A DNA stretch of 64,000 nt from Eledone cirrhosa (lineage: Eukaryota), in contig OZ024742.1 of assembly GCA_964016885.1 (NCBI GenBank), positions 328,786,001 through 328,850,000 of the forward strand. The letters run 5' to 3'. Each line of letters starts with the position of its first letter. Within the stretch, counting starts at the first letter, position 1. Below the pieces are notes generated by a model. It was not told the origin of the DNA and did not search any database. It worked only from the letters and a program-made list of their open reading frames with translations. Made by a program: the position numbers and the translations under genes. This document shows positions 13,229 through 27,039 of the stretch, piece after piece.

Positions 13229-14216
13229 ATATATATATATATATAGGTAAGCACAACAGTTCATAGGCAGACTATGAAGGTCTGATGTTGGGCTGTGAAA
13301 TCTTTCACGCATTAGTTTCATTTCTTATTAATATCTGCAATGTTTCTTTCCAGGGAGTATGTTGAAAAATAAATCTCATTTGTTCATTCCATGAGAGTAT
13401 CTTGGTCTACCTATGAACTTTACAGCCGATCTTCGTACATACATTTATTATTGACTGTCGCAATCAAGGTTACTCAATACCATAATGGAGATTAATAGTT
13501 TTAGTAAAGTCAGTGTCCTTCTTGAGATCCAGCTGTGTAGTTACAGATCCATTAGATAGTCATGATATATATATACATATAAATATATTCACAAATAGAT
13601 GCCTTCAAATCACAGATCTACCATAACAGACAGAGCCTTAGGTTAAAATAATAACATTTATATTTTATTATCCCAAACGAGACACGAAAAATTTGTTTAT
13701 ATTCGAATATGCAAACGTGAGAGAGACTTAAAGTAGAGCTATTGATTGCATTACATCAAAATATTATCGTTTAATCTCCCCTACATTTAGAGCAGTTTGT
13801 TTTAAATAAAACATATTCCACTACTTAACGACATGATTATGACTGTCCATTATTAATTCAGGCAATATTGCAGCTAAAAGAAACACACAAACGCACGCAT
13901 GCACATACGCACACACACAAACACACGCTCGCACTTACACATACGCACGCGCGAACGCATAAATTTCGTTGAATTTGTTTTTAAAATTTAAGCCTTTGGA
14001 GTTTTAATATTATTTATTAGTAAAGTGATTTTTATTTTGCTGTTTAAAACATACATTGAACCGTCTCTCTCCCCCTCTCTCTCTCTCTCTCTTACTCTCA
14101 CTATGTTTATATATGTATATATATATACATATGTGTGTATGTATATGCATATGTGCGTGAGTGTTATGTATATACTGTATATATATGTATATATATATAT
14201 ATATATATACATAACA

Positions 14217-14291
<75 letters not shown>

Positions 14292-14349
14292 TATATATAT
14301 ATATATGTGTGTTCGTGTGCCTCTGTGTGTGTATGTGTGTGTGGCAGGG

Positions 14350-15520
14350 ACTGCTTAATGCTGCTTCTGCATTTCTTTGATGGTATGCTAAAGCTCTCTG
14401 GGAGAGGACTTCAACACAGATGTTATAACCTTGATTTCAGTAAGTCAATTCGCAGGCTCGATCACGTCATCCTATTGTAGAAACTATCCACAATTTGAGT
14501 CTTTAGTAAGATACTACAGTGAATTGAATATTTCCTGGTAAACAAGCCGAAGCATGTTGTGATTGAAGGAATATCAAGTAAACTCTGTAAATGTCATTAT
14601 TTGCGTCCCACAACGTACAGCGCAGATTCCACTTCTCTTCATTATTTACTTCAATGACACCGTTGACATCATCAAGCACAGCAAAATAGGAATCTTCGCA
14701 GATGATCTTAAACTCAATACGATCAGCCTGGAACGTGACTTGCTTTGAATCGGGTCTTCTCGCTGATATTCAATAGTTGACAATTGAACAAGGATATATC
14801 TGAGCTAATCTACGTTTAAAAAACAAAATGCATTTAAGTTACCATATTCTTTCGGGTGAAACCAAGTGGCATCTTATAACAAAAATCTTCGGAGTAACTG
14901 TCGACAGCAAACTAAACTACAACACTCATATAAAAAATAAAAATGACATGACCTGCAAATGTGTTCTTGATTGCTTAGAACTTTCCCATCTATAAATATT
15001 TAGATTATTTTCCTTCACTACATATTTTACCTGGCCCGCCTTGAACATATTTTCCTGCTGTGGTCTCCTCACACGAAACAAGCTATCATTATTGAAATAT
15101 CACAGTTCTCATTTACAAAAACAATAGACGGCATGAGAGGTCTTGACAATTAGAGTCGATTAGAAAATTACAAACTCAACTCTCTCCAAGGCCGACGGGA
15201 GCCCTACAACATTTAGATAATATAGAAAATATTCTTTCAACGTTCCTCATATGATGTTGGCATCAAATTTAAAGTCCAACCAAAGTTTCGTCTCATCCAC
15301 CCCAACAAATATCGACCTCACACTAAAAATAAATACTTTATCTAAAGTAGCTCTACTCAAATTGATAAGATACTAAGATACATCAAGACAGAAGATCTCA
15401 TAAAACTCAAACGTTCTCTGGACAATTTCCTCTAGAAACATCCGGATGAACCCTTACACCCGCATATTTCTCAGGTGACAATAACTCTATATTTGAATGG
15501 ACAACAGTCTTATAACTGAG
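14350..15520 (+). mobile_element. Degraded CR1-group LINE RT and 3' region
   Basis: Fragments YNLDFSKSIRRLDHVILL and VPQRTAQIPLLFIIYFND...IGIFADDLKL match LINE RT motifs; many stops. Confidence 0.75.
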
Positions 15521-15662
15521 GTGTGAAATGAGATTTGAAAGACGTTCGCTGGTGGTACTATTGACATACGTCATTCCATATCAAAGTTATAAAATTTACA
15601 CGTAAGTAAATATGTGTATATATATTTATATATATATTTATATATATATATATTTATATATA

Positions 15663-15724
<62 letters not shown>

Positions 15725-15736
15725 TGTATATACATA

Positions 15737-16140
15737 TAGAAATGGTTACACAACAGTTAGTTCATCATCACGAGGACAATTGTTTCACCTTAGCGGATCC
15801 TCAGTTCGTAATGGACATGGTTATACTGAACAGGAAGGACGGACCACCGGTACGAACGCACATCCGCAGAAACGATCGTTTCTGCACATGAGCGTTACGG
15901 AACCGGAAGGACAACCGTACGGTCGCGCATGCGCAGAAACGATCGTTTCTGCACATGCGCCTTCGTACGGTTGTCTTTCCTGTTCCGTATAACCATGTCC
16001 ATTACGAGATGAGGATCCGTAAGGTGAAACAATTGTTCTCGGTTTGGTGAACTAACTGTTGTGTAACCACTTCTACCTAACTCGTCCCATGGACTGAGTG
16101 CTCTACCACTACGGACATTACCTTCCAGTGTTCTACCACT
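15737..16140. mobile_element. Fold-back non-autonomous PLE derivative with a hammerhead in each arm
   Basis: Inverted arms of the 11723/59921 family; minus-strand ACGAA-CTGAGGA-TCC(gctaa)GGT-GAAAC(aatt)GTC/CTCGT at 15770-15809; plus copy at 16004-16041 has a C3A change; flanked by (TA)n. Confidence 0.85.
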
Positions 16141-16286
16141 ATATATATATATAGTAATAATAATACATTTTAAGACTAAATATATATATATATATATAAC
16201 GAAGGAAATGTGGTAAGGAACCAGGTGGACCATAACGCACCAAAGTACTCAATACTTGAGGTAGTAGATATATATATGTATGTGTG

Positions 16287-16325
<39 letters not shown>

Positions 16326-17012
16326 GATGAATATATATATATAATTACCACCGCATGTGTCTCAGTCAAAAAGTCAGTTGGCAGTTGTGTCATTCTCTCC
16401 CTGTACCAACGTTTCTTTCTCTCTTCTCTTCGCTCTTTTCCCACTCCTCACCTATGTTAAGCTTGCCCTACAATCCCCCATACCACAACTAAACGCCTCA
16501 CTGCATTCCCATGAATCAATTATCACACACAACTGACATATCAGCTCCAACACACACTACATTTCTCACCCAGCCTCATCAATTCATTTGCCTTTCTATC
16601 GTTCTTTCTCTCTGTGACGTTGACTTCAATTCTTCAGCTCCAGACCAGGCAAACTCAGGAGCCAAACGACGTTGTTTGTGACCTTCTTTCTATTTCACTT
16701 ACAACATCAACCACACTCTTCAATATCCTCTCTCCCATTCTCACTTTCTCTCTCTCTCTCCTCTGTTCATCCCAATCCTACCCTCCATCCCAGTTTGAGT
16801 AACTTCTTCAGTTTACTTCTGCTTAAAACCTCATTCTCTTTCACTACCCCGCCTCTCTCTCTCTTTCTCCACCCCTCTCTCTGCTTATTGTTTGTATTTG
16901 CGTATGCAGTATATCTCGTAGGACATCAAGCACACGTAACACACACATAATGCACGCAGACACACAAAAACACACACAAACACACACAGACACACACAGA
17001 CAGACACATACA

Positions 17013-17092
<80 letters not shown>

Positions 17093-17140
17093 TATAGATA
17101 GGTAAATATACACGGGTGTGTATGATTGTGTATAGAAGAT

Positions 17141-17487
17141 TATATTAATAAGAGGAATTCCAACTTTGTCTGATTTACTCGTTTTATTTACAATCCTTTA
17201 AAATATATATAATGGTATTATAATGAAATAGTATGATAGAATATTAAATGTTAAGTGTTAATTGAACAAGTACTTTCATGCTTTCGCAATCTTCAGGTTC
17301 ATGATATGTGGTGACAGTCGAGTTTGCAATTTTCAAGATTGCGAAAGCATGAAAGTACTTGTTCAATTAACACTTAGAATTTAATATTCTATCATACTAT
17401 TTCATTATAATACCATTATATATATTTTAAAGGATTGTAAATAAAACGAGTAAATCAGACAAAGTTGGAATTCCTCTTATTAATATA
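17141..17487. mobile_element. Fold-back mini-element (~153-bp arms) with hammerhead
   Basis: 17141-17293 is a near-perfect reverse complement of 17335-17487; TA-rich repeats on both sides. Confidence 0.85.
17263..17301 (-). ncRNA. Minimal type I hammerhead ribozyme
   Basis: TGAAC-CTGAAGA-T-TGC(GAAA)GCA-T-GAAAG(ta)CTT/GTTCA: perfect 5-bp stem I, GNRA-capped stem II, palindromic AAGTACTT stem III. Confidence 0.78.
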
Positions 17488-17678
17488 TATATATATATAT
17501 ATATGTGTGTATATATATGAAAATGTGTGTGAGTGCACTTTTATATGCACATATAACTGCAAAACATACACTTCCACCTCTCTTTCGCTCTCTCTCTTTC
17601 TCTCTTTCTCTCTTTGTATACATACATAATAAACACACACACACACACACACACACAGACACACACACACACACACAG

Positions 17679-17727
<49 letters not shown>

Positions 17728-17876
17728 CAGGAACGAGTAAGTCCAGAATTAGCCGTCGAAACGCCTTGAGCTCAGCCGTCGGGGTCCTACTCTTTCCTAT
17801 TACCCACTCTACTACCCTAAGTATTGAGTACTTTGGTGCGTTATGGTCCACCTGGTTCCTTAACACATTTCCTTCG

Positions 17877-17935
<59 letters not shown>

Positions 17936-18279
17936 TATATTTATTTATTTATATACATATTATCAGTTGCACTAACATAGCATGCTTTATAATAGAAAAA
18001 GCATATACATTATGTTTATATATAAGAAACAAATATATAGACAAAGTTACCTCAGTAAACATGTTTGACCGCTAGAGTCTAGTGTTTTAGCATATTTATC
18101 CATATTTGTTGACTTTACCTCACTCGGTACTTGGAGTGGAATGGAATAGGATTCATATACAATTTACATATAAAACATCCACTCTAGATGCTCGTTTGTT
18201 TACCGTGATAAGTAATTCCAACTAATGAAGCCAGCACTATATACATATGAGCATCTCATTCAGATGTTTTATATTTTCC

Positions 18280-18560
18280 AATATTTGCTTCTACCCCATA
18301 TATGACTTTCTTTTATCCACTAATTTCCTTTATATGTATTCCATTTGTTTGTCTTTCCACGTCTCTATACAATCTCATTTACTCATCTGTCTGTCTCCCC
18401 TATTCCACAAGCGACTCTTCCACACCACACACAACAACACCAACAAAAGTAACTTCAGCATTACCCAGAACAACAATAAAAACTATAACAAGACCTCCAA
18501 AACCGACACTGGAACCAACAGCACCAACATTTACACTACCAAAATTAAGATATAAACCAC
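18280..18560 (+). mobile_element. Possible highly degraded Hydra-like PLE fragment
   Basis: ORF text CFYPIYDFLLSTNF...PLFHKRLFHTTHNNTNKSNFS loosely resembles LWYNPEYNSSISTNL...HKYHKILNPTTIRLSYS of the 49521 ORF. Confidence 0.3.
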
Positions 18561-19049
18561 AACCCATAACATCACACCTCTAACACCCACTTTTCACTAC
18601 TACCATCATCCCCATCTAACTACCACCAACATTACAACCCGCCACCACCTCCTCAGGACACATTCCAGTTATCATTTGAAGAGAGCTAACACCATTTTGA
18701 CATGTTCCTTTACTATAATTATCTACCAGGCAATATAATCAAACATGATTTTCAAACACCGCTGATCAGTTCACACTTGAATTCCGACTCACATCATTTT
18801 CACCACATCTTAAAATATAGAGGGCCGCAGGGAAAATTATGCATTAGGGACCCATTTTCCTTTTCGTTTAGGGGTCATTAGTCTATCACTTTTCTTTCAT
18901 AATTAATTGACGCCTAGATATACATAATACAAAAATAGAAAGGCGGGATTACCATGAGAAGGAAGCGTAAAATAATTGTCACGTGATATATTCTCGAATG
19001 TCAAATGTCAAAGTTGACGAAATGTGTTAATCAAGATGATTTTAATCAC

Positions 19050-19151
19050 ATCGTTATTGATGGTGATGGTGTTGGTGATGTGAAAGGGACTCGGGATGAT
19101 GGTGGTTATGGTGAGGTTAATGACGAAGATGATGATGGTGAGGAAAATGAC

Positions 19152-19182
<31 letters not shown>

Positions 19183-19225
19183 GTGGTGATGGTGATGATG
19201 ATGATGATGATGACGATGGTGAAGA
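19050..19225. repeat. (GAT)n/(GGT)n trinucleotide microsatellite
   Basis: Direct reading. Confidence 0.95.
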
Positions 19226-19513
19226 TATTGCCATTAATACATGTAAGTGTGCCTGGCAATAATAAACAAATGTCAAGGGTCAGGCACATGCGCAGAGGGA
19301 TGTAAGTAAATATTTTTAATGAATATATGTCTGTCTCTCTATATGTATGTAAGTATGATGTATATTTGTACGTAAATATGTATGTATGTATATATGTATA
19401 GATGTATGTGTGAATGAGACTTTGGGTGGATGAATCTACGACCTTATTGACATATCTCAGTATAGATCTGTTTGTCTACATACGCGCACACATACTCACA
19501 CACACGCACACAT

Positions 19514-19573
<60 letters not shown>

Positions 19574-19586
19574 GCGCGCGCGCACG

Positions 19587-19657
<71 letters not shown>

Positions 19658-19728
19658 GTGTGGGTTTGTGCATGTGTTTGTATTTCTGTATATATATATA
19701 TACAGAAATACAATCCCATGCACAAAAC

Positions 19729-19850
<122 letters not shown>

Positions 19851-20030
19851 CACGTACAAATATACATATATATACACCCTCGTAGTATCACCCTCAAAGA
19901 ATGTATCCACATAAAACTACGTTTGCATACTTTCATATCGATTATATATATGGATGCATGCATTTATGTATATATGTATGTGTGTATATATGCATACATG
20001 TATGTATGTATGTATGTATATATGTATGTC

Positions 20031-21282
20031 AGGTCACCAGTTGGTGCTACTGGTAACATGTATCCCAGTACAACCTGTCCCATGCTCGGGTCGTTGGCGA
20101 CTAAACTGGCAACCCCACCAAGGTTTCTCGGTGAGGAGGGTGACTTTGGACATCCTGCAGGACTAAAAACAAAACCTGTCGAAGGGCAAAGGAGCTCTTA
20201 AGAGTCAATGGCCATCCAAAATCACCAGGAGAGATGACCCCTTAGCCTTTGTCAAGGCAGAATTCTAGGAGAAGGAAAACTCTGATATAACACCTGCAAC
20301 CCTGATGGTTTCCAATGATGTTGACTTGTTCTTCTTTTTGGTAAATATCATCTTGGTTGAGAGAGTGGGACTGGCTTTGTGCAGTGCCTTTGCTCACTAT
20401 AAAAGCTTCACAGCACAGGCATTGCTTTATATCTGGAGATCTCTCTGCACTTGTCGTCACATGGTACCATGGGCCCAGCACTATGTGTCAATAATTGTCA
20501 CAAGTGTAGTGTTTGTACCAGAGTTTTCAAGTCGCTGGCTGGACTAAAAAGTCACACTTATTCAGCGCATCGGTAGGGGTTCTCCTACATGGATATAAAG
20601 TAGTGGCCGTACTCGAAAACGAGTTGGCAGCCACCATATATGTATGTATGTATGTAAGTATGTATGTATGTATGTCAGGTCACTAGTTGGTGCTACTAGT
20701 AACATGTATCCCAGTAGAACCTGTCTCATGGTCGGGTCGTTGGCGACTAAACTGGCAACCCCACCAAGGTTTCTTGGTGAGGAGGGTGACTTTGGACATC
20801 CTGCAGGACTAAAAACAAAACCTGTCAAAGGACAAAGGAGCTCTTAAGAGTCAATGGCCATCCAAAATCACCGGGAGAGATGACCCCTTAGCCTTTGTCA
20901 AGGCAGAATTCTAGGAGAAGGAAAACTCTGATATAACACCTGCAACCCTGATGGTATCCAATGATGTTGACTTGTTCTACTTTTTGATAAATATCATCTT
21001 GGTTAAGAGAGTGGGACTGGCTTTGTGCAGTGCCTTTGCTCACTATAAAAGTTTCACGGCACAGGCATTGCTTTATATCTGGAGATCTCTCTGCACTTGT
21101 CGTCACATGGTACCATAGGCCCAGCAATATGTGTCAATAATTGTCACAAGTGTAGTGTTTGTACCAGAGTTTTCAAGTCGCTGGCTGGACTAAAAAGTCA
21201 CACTCGTTCAGCGCATCGGTAGGGGTTCTCCTACATGGATATAAAGTAGTGGTCGTACTCGAAAACGAGTTGGCAGCCACCA
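20031..21282. repeat. Tandem duplication, period 646 bp, units separated and flanked by (TATG)n
   Basis: aggtcac at 20031 and 20677, each unit ends gttggcagccacca; parallel ORFs at 20242 and 20888 confirm the period. Confidence 0.95.
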
Positions 21283-21394
21283 TGTATGTATGTATATATA
21301 TATATGTATGCATCTATGTTGTATGTATATCTGCCTGTATGCATTCATGTGTGTACGCGTGTATGTATGTACGTATGTATGTGTATACATATTA

Positions 21395-22394
21395 TAGAGA
21401 CCGAGACTGGGTGACTGGCACCTGGAATGTTGCCAGGCACTCACTGCCCTCTACCAAGCGGGCAATGCGATCAGTGGAACTTCCACTCTCTAGTTTTATA
21501 GAGGATTAGTGGTGGGCAAGTGCGATGACGCACTCGGAGAAGCTTTGGGCCTCGACGAAGTCGAACTGACCAGTCTGTACCGGAGGACTTTTGAGCCGGG
21601 GACGATGGAAAATTTCCAGAAATCCCTCGCTTGGCAGTGCTACCGGGGGGCACTGCCGGTTCGGGATAAACTCTACAGGCACGGAAGTGCTGTCAGACGG
21701 ACCTGCCCAAGATGCGCACAGAACGACGAAACCGCTCTGCACGCACTTGTCCAATGTCCGTGCATTACTGACTTGTGGAGTTATGTCGAACAGCTACTGT
21801 CGCGTGTGGAACGAATCCAGTTATCGGCCGAGTACATAGTGAAGATCGAGCCGCCACCTTCCTTAGGTCAGGAAGAGCAGGACATTTTCCTCTGTCTGGT
21901 GGCAGTTGCGAAAGAGATTATATGGTGGACCAGGTTGAAAGGACTAAAGACAGACACTTTTCTCTTCGGCCAATCCCTCATCAACTTCTTCAAGTTTCAC
22001 CTGGAAAGGAGGGTGAGGGTGGAGAGAGAAGTGCTGCCCCCCAGTACATTTGCTAAAAGGTGGGTGAATGTGGCGAGAATGGCTCGTTTGAATGGGCCTA
22101 CTCTGACCATGCGCCTATAGGCTGGCTAACTTGAGGAGAGGGGTGCTCTCCTGGGTGCCCTAGAAGCGCAGGGTGGTTCAGGATTGGTGAGGTACCCGAA
22201 TCACCCCAGGGTCGTCCACCCCCTATCGGGGAATTTATTTTGTTATATTTTGCATAGTTTATTTTATATTTTATATTTTCATTGTTAAATTAGTCTTGCC
22301 ATTGTGCACTTTTACTCGACCTTATTGTAAACCCCCACTGTCCCTGTCTTTGTATTGTCCCCTACATGTCGGCCCTTGTGGCTAATAAATGAAA
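21395..22394 (+). mobile_element. Tx1-like LINE 3' fragment with (ATT)n tail
   Basis: ORF 21509-22120 has FQKSLAWQCYRGALPV and zinc motif CPRC..ETALHALVQC; paralogous to 36560-37173; ends aataaatgaaatc(att)n. Confidence 0.88.
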
Positions 22395-22502
<108 letters not shown>

Positions 22503-23489
22503 AACGTATGACCCCGACGGCAGAGCTCAAGCATATATTTTTGCATGTGTGATTGTATTTTATGTGCCTGAATATGTATGTATGTGGGTATATATACATA
22601 TATATATATATTATTAAAATAACAGATTAAAGTTTAACTTTATTATTATTACTATATATATATATATATATATATATATGAATGTTTGTATGTTGTACGT
22701 ATATACATGCATGTTAAAGTACATATATATATATATATATATATATAAGTGGGTGTATGTGTGTGGCGTGTATTTTCATATGTATGTTTGCTCACCGCTA
22801 CGAATGTACGTGTATTATTTATGTATGTATGTGCGCATGTGTGTGTGTGTGTGCATTTATGTGTGTTTGTGAATGTGAAAATGAGGAAAAAGACGAGACA
22901 GAAAGACGTAAGCACCAAGTACTGTCAGAGGTCTATAATTATATTATTATCTAGGATTGCCTATGTTGGTGAGATTTAACGAAACTACTCTCTTCAATGT
23001 CGGCTATCATTTGGCTCTGTTGATGGTAATTCCATGCTTTAATGAAGGCAGGGTTAAAACCGCTTCCCCTACACAATTATTTGCAGACTATCCCTCAGTC
23101 TATTGCACGACCAGCCATCTAACAAACATCTAGGTAATTCTTCCAACGTAGTGGTTGTGTGTCATCTTCATTGAACTCATCATTCTTCCGTTCTTCTTTT
23201 TACACCACCTCCACACCAAAAATAAATATTGGGTACCGCCTTTTCTATTTTGTTAATTTCCCATGCCCTCTAGTTCAATGTTACCGATGCGGGAAAACTT
23301 GGTTTTCTCCTCAACCCCAGTTATCTGCCTCTCTCCATTGCTTTTTATTCATAAGCACAGCCGAAGATCTATAATGTATTTCTTGCCATTTGACATTTCA
23401 AAGGTTCTAAGTGGATACTCACGCCTTATCCAATAATATAATAATAGGTGCACGAGGGTTATACTACAAATATTGACTGTGAAGGTCCA

Positions 23490-23780
23490 TAGCTTTGGGG
23501 TGAAGATATTTGACTCACGAAAGCAAGGTTATGAGTCCGATTACCGGGAATGTCTTTTGTCATAGAGCAAGACACTCGGTTTCACGTTGCTCCAGTACAC
23601 TTAGATGGAAGTCCGACGGACGGAATGTACGTGTGATTTAAATGTTTAGGCTTGAAATGCACTATGTCTGGCTGAATCTTCATGAGAACTACGTTACGGG
23701 TGCATGTGTGTTTAGAATACTCAACAGCATGCACCCAAATTTCACGAGCAGTCTATTCTATCGATCTAACACCTCGGAAC
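23490..23780 (+). mobile_element. Degraded SINE of a second family (similar pieces near 24240-24480 and 52490-52700)
   Basis: tRNA-like head followed by gagcaagacac..tttcacgttgctccagt and gagaactacgtta motifs shared loosely between copies. Confidence 0.45.
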
Positions 23781-24634
23781 CGAATAAGATCCAGTAGTAT
23801 GTGTACAAAAAAAGATCTATGGCATACACATGAGCTTTTGACTTTTCAATTCAAAATGATCTAAGCGGATATGTTTGACCAAATATCCTTCATAATGTAA
23901 GGATATGAGTACAAGGAATGTTCTCAAAATCTATGCCTACCAAGTGACATGATTCTAATCACGAGAGGTGAAGTAATGTATATCTTGTTTGTTTGTGTGA
24001 TATTACTACGCGTCTCAAATGTATCTCGTTTGAAGAAAGAAATCTCTTGCCAGTCATGTTTTTCTCTTAATTTTTTCAGATTTGCATGTTTGTCTTCTCG
24101 ATATATTAAGATGGAATTATATGTTGAGATATATATTTGTGTGTTCTTCAATGTTCACTCATATCAGCTATATGTATCTATACATTCTTCATACTTATAC
24201 AAACTGGTGCGAAACTAAATATACTCTATTAAAAGTGTAGACCAGTGGCTTAGTTGCTAAAGTTTTCGCCTCACCTTGATCAGGTCTAATCAGGTGTCAA
24301 AAATGGGTTTTACCTGTAATTCAAACTACTAACCTTGTCACGCACTATGTCACGTCGAATATTTCCGAGAATCACATTAAGTGACACTTGATTCAAACAT
24401 TTTCAGTCAATGGCAGGTTAAATTTTCCGAACAGGATGCTCCTTTGTTCGATCAACTAGAACAATCGACGTTGGAATCGATGAATGTCTAACACATGCAC
24501 AAACATGTACACACAAACACACGCACACATACATACACAGAAACATTCTCTCTCTATTTAAACTAGAATTAAGTAGGGTGAATGTTTTATATCTGGCTTA
24601 TGAAGTGAGTCTAATAATCTAATAAAATTGTTAC

Positions 24635-24845
24635 TTGGCAGTATCGGTGGAGCGTCGGTCAACAAGCTGTATGGCATAGAGTTACGGCCCTTTACGATCT
24701 GAGTTCAAATCCTGTTGAGGTTAGCTTTGCCTTTCATCCTTACGGAGTCGATAAAATAAAGTACCAGTAATGCACTCGGGTCGATTTAGTCAACTTTCTC
24801 TTCCTCAATTTGTTGGCCTTGTTACTAAATCCGAAACCAATATTG
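24635..24845 (+). mobile_element. tRNA-derived SINE, same family as 1818-1997
   Basis: ttggcagtatcggtggagcgtcgg...gagttcaaatcc...gcctttcatccttacggagtcgataaaataaagtaccag. Confidence 0.85.
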
Positions 24846-25447
24846 TTATAGCTATGTTATCGCGCAGGCCTTGGAAACCAGCTAGACTACTTAATCTCTA
24901 GTTGCAACTCACAGACATTTTGCTTCAATTATACTAAGCCTCTATCTAGCTCATAACAATGCTGCACATTTCAACATGCAGTAATGAGTTGTATGTAATG
25001 TAGTGCAATAGATTCGGCATGTTTCACTCAGTTCGTTGTCCAGATATTTACTTTATTCCTGTATACCTGTAGATTCTAGAAGTCATCATAATCGTAGGGG
25101 AGTAGCCGAACATGATTAGAGTGGCAAAGTTGCTGCTCTTTTGCATTCATGGTGTTCTGTCCTTCACTACAACGATGAATTAATTAACATCTCAAGCTAC
25201 CGATATTATTGAGGAGTTAAGAAGTACCCTTCACAATTATAAATTCCGGCATTCGATCCAACTGTGGGACATCAAGTGTTTCTTCCATAGCCTCAGGTCA
25301 ATTCAAGCATTGCTTGGCAAATTGGGTACACGTAATCTCTGGAAAACTGTCGGGTGGATTATGTCATTAATTTAAGCCAATCTTGTCACGCACTTAGCAA
25401 TAGTTGTGTATGCATCACATATGCGTGCACACATACACACTCACACA

Positions 25448-25510
<63 letters not shown>

Positions 25511-25640
25511 ATATGTGCATGCGTATACACATATATATATATATATTTATACGTACATACATAAATACATACACACATACATACCCTACACACACACACA
25601 CACACACACGCATATGTATATATATATATATATATATATA

Positions 25641-26100
25641 TGCAAAAGTTCAATTTAAATTATTGGGATACAACAAGCAAATATTTTTATAACTGATATA
25701 AAGCACTCGACAAGTATTTGGAGTAAATATACGATATTAATAAATGGAAACTATATTTATAAAACCATATTTATTTCATTATAAATATTTCAAGGATACC
25801 ATGTTAAATTATGGTATGCCTTCATCAGACAAAATACAATATATACCAGTTTTATAAATAAACATTGACGTACCCTTTCAAAATGCGACCGTTACTCTTA
25901 GAAGATACCACTATCCTGATGTCTTCTAAAAGTAACGGTCGCATTTTGAAAGGGTACGTCAATGTTTATTTATAAAACTGGTATATATTGTATTTTTTCT
26001 GATGAAGGCATACCATAATTTAACATGGTATCCTTGAAATATGTATAATGAAATAAATATGGTTTTATAAATATAGTTTCCATTTATTAATATCGTATAT
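25641..26100. mobile_element. Fold-back mini-element (~180-bp arms) with hammerhead motif and left tail
   Basis: 25727-25907 is the reverse complement of 25920-26100; CTGATGA-AGG(c)ATACCAT..ATGGTAT-CCT-T-GAAATATGTA at 25999-26045; (TA)n on both sides. Confidence 0.82.
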
Positions 26101-27039
26101 GTATATATATATATATATATATACATACATATACACACACATACGAAAAAAATATATAGAAATACACATATATCTACCGCTGCGTACGTAGTCACACAAA
26201 CACTTCTATCCAAGAATCCTTCTGGCCATACATACACAAAACACACACATACACACATACACATCCACTCACACATAGTTCTACAAACATATTCTTCTAC
26301 CGTTGCACACGTATGCATTCATAAGTACAATTATGACACACCGATACCCAAACACGCAAACACATACGTACATATCCACATACACACACGTTTCTCATAG
26401 TACAAGTATCTCCACATTCGCCCACGTATACACACATTCACACACACACATCCATACGCTCATACATAAGCACTTTCAGACACGTTTCCATGCATATATA
26501 ACAACACATGCACCGGATTCCTGACACAAATATATCCACATTTGCGAACATTCACCCAACCGCACACGTGTCTATAGAAAGAAATGTAATCACAGATATT
26601 TATGCACTCTTGCAAATATATGTGCACAATGACGCAGCCACACATGTATTCATATACACACATGTATTTATATATACATATATTCACGCACTTACGACTC
26701 ACATCATTTCACTTTACTCTTCCAAAATTCGAATCAAAAAGCATTATGTGTAAACAATTAATATTTGTATTTTTTACTCTCGCTTTAGGCAAATTCCGCG
26801 GATTATATCATATTTTGCCAGTTAATACCGCATCGGAAAATATGCAGAGAGTTGGTGGTTTTGTTATGACTTTATTTATTTATATTATGTTATATATATA
26901 TTTTTACTAAAGAAAGAAATTTAAAAGTTTCTTATATTACAGCTAATTTTGATAAATAATTCCATTTTTGCGCGCCATTCTCCCAGCCGCTAAAGTGTCT
27001 TCTTAATGGCGTTAATTGAAGAAATGAGGATAATAATAA

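Noticed and set aside
19005-19305. Poly-Asp, poly-Met and poly-Ile ORFs
   Set aside because: All three frames of a (GAT)n repeat; no domain or splice support.
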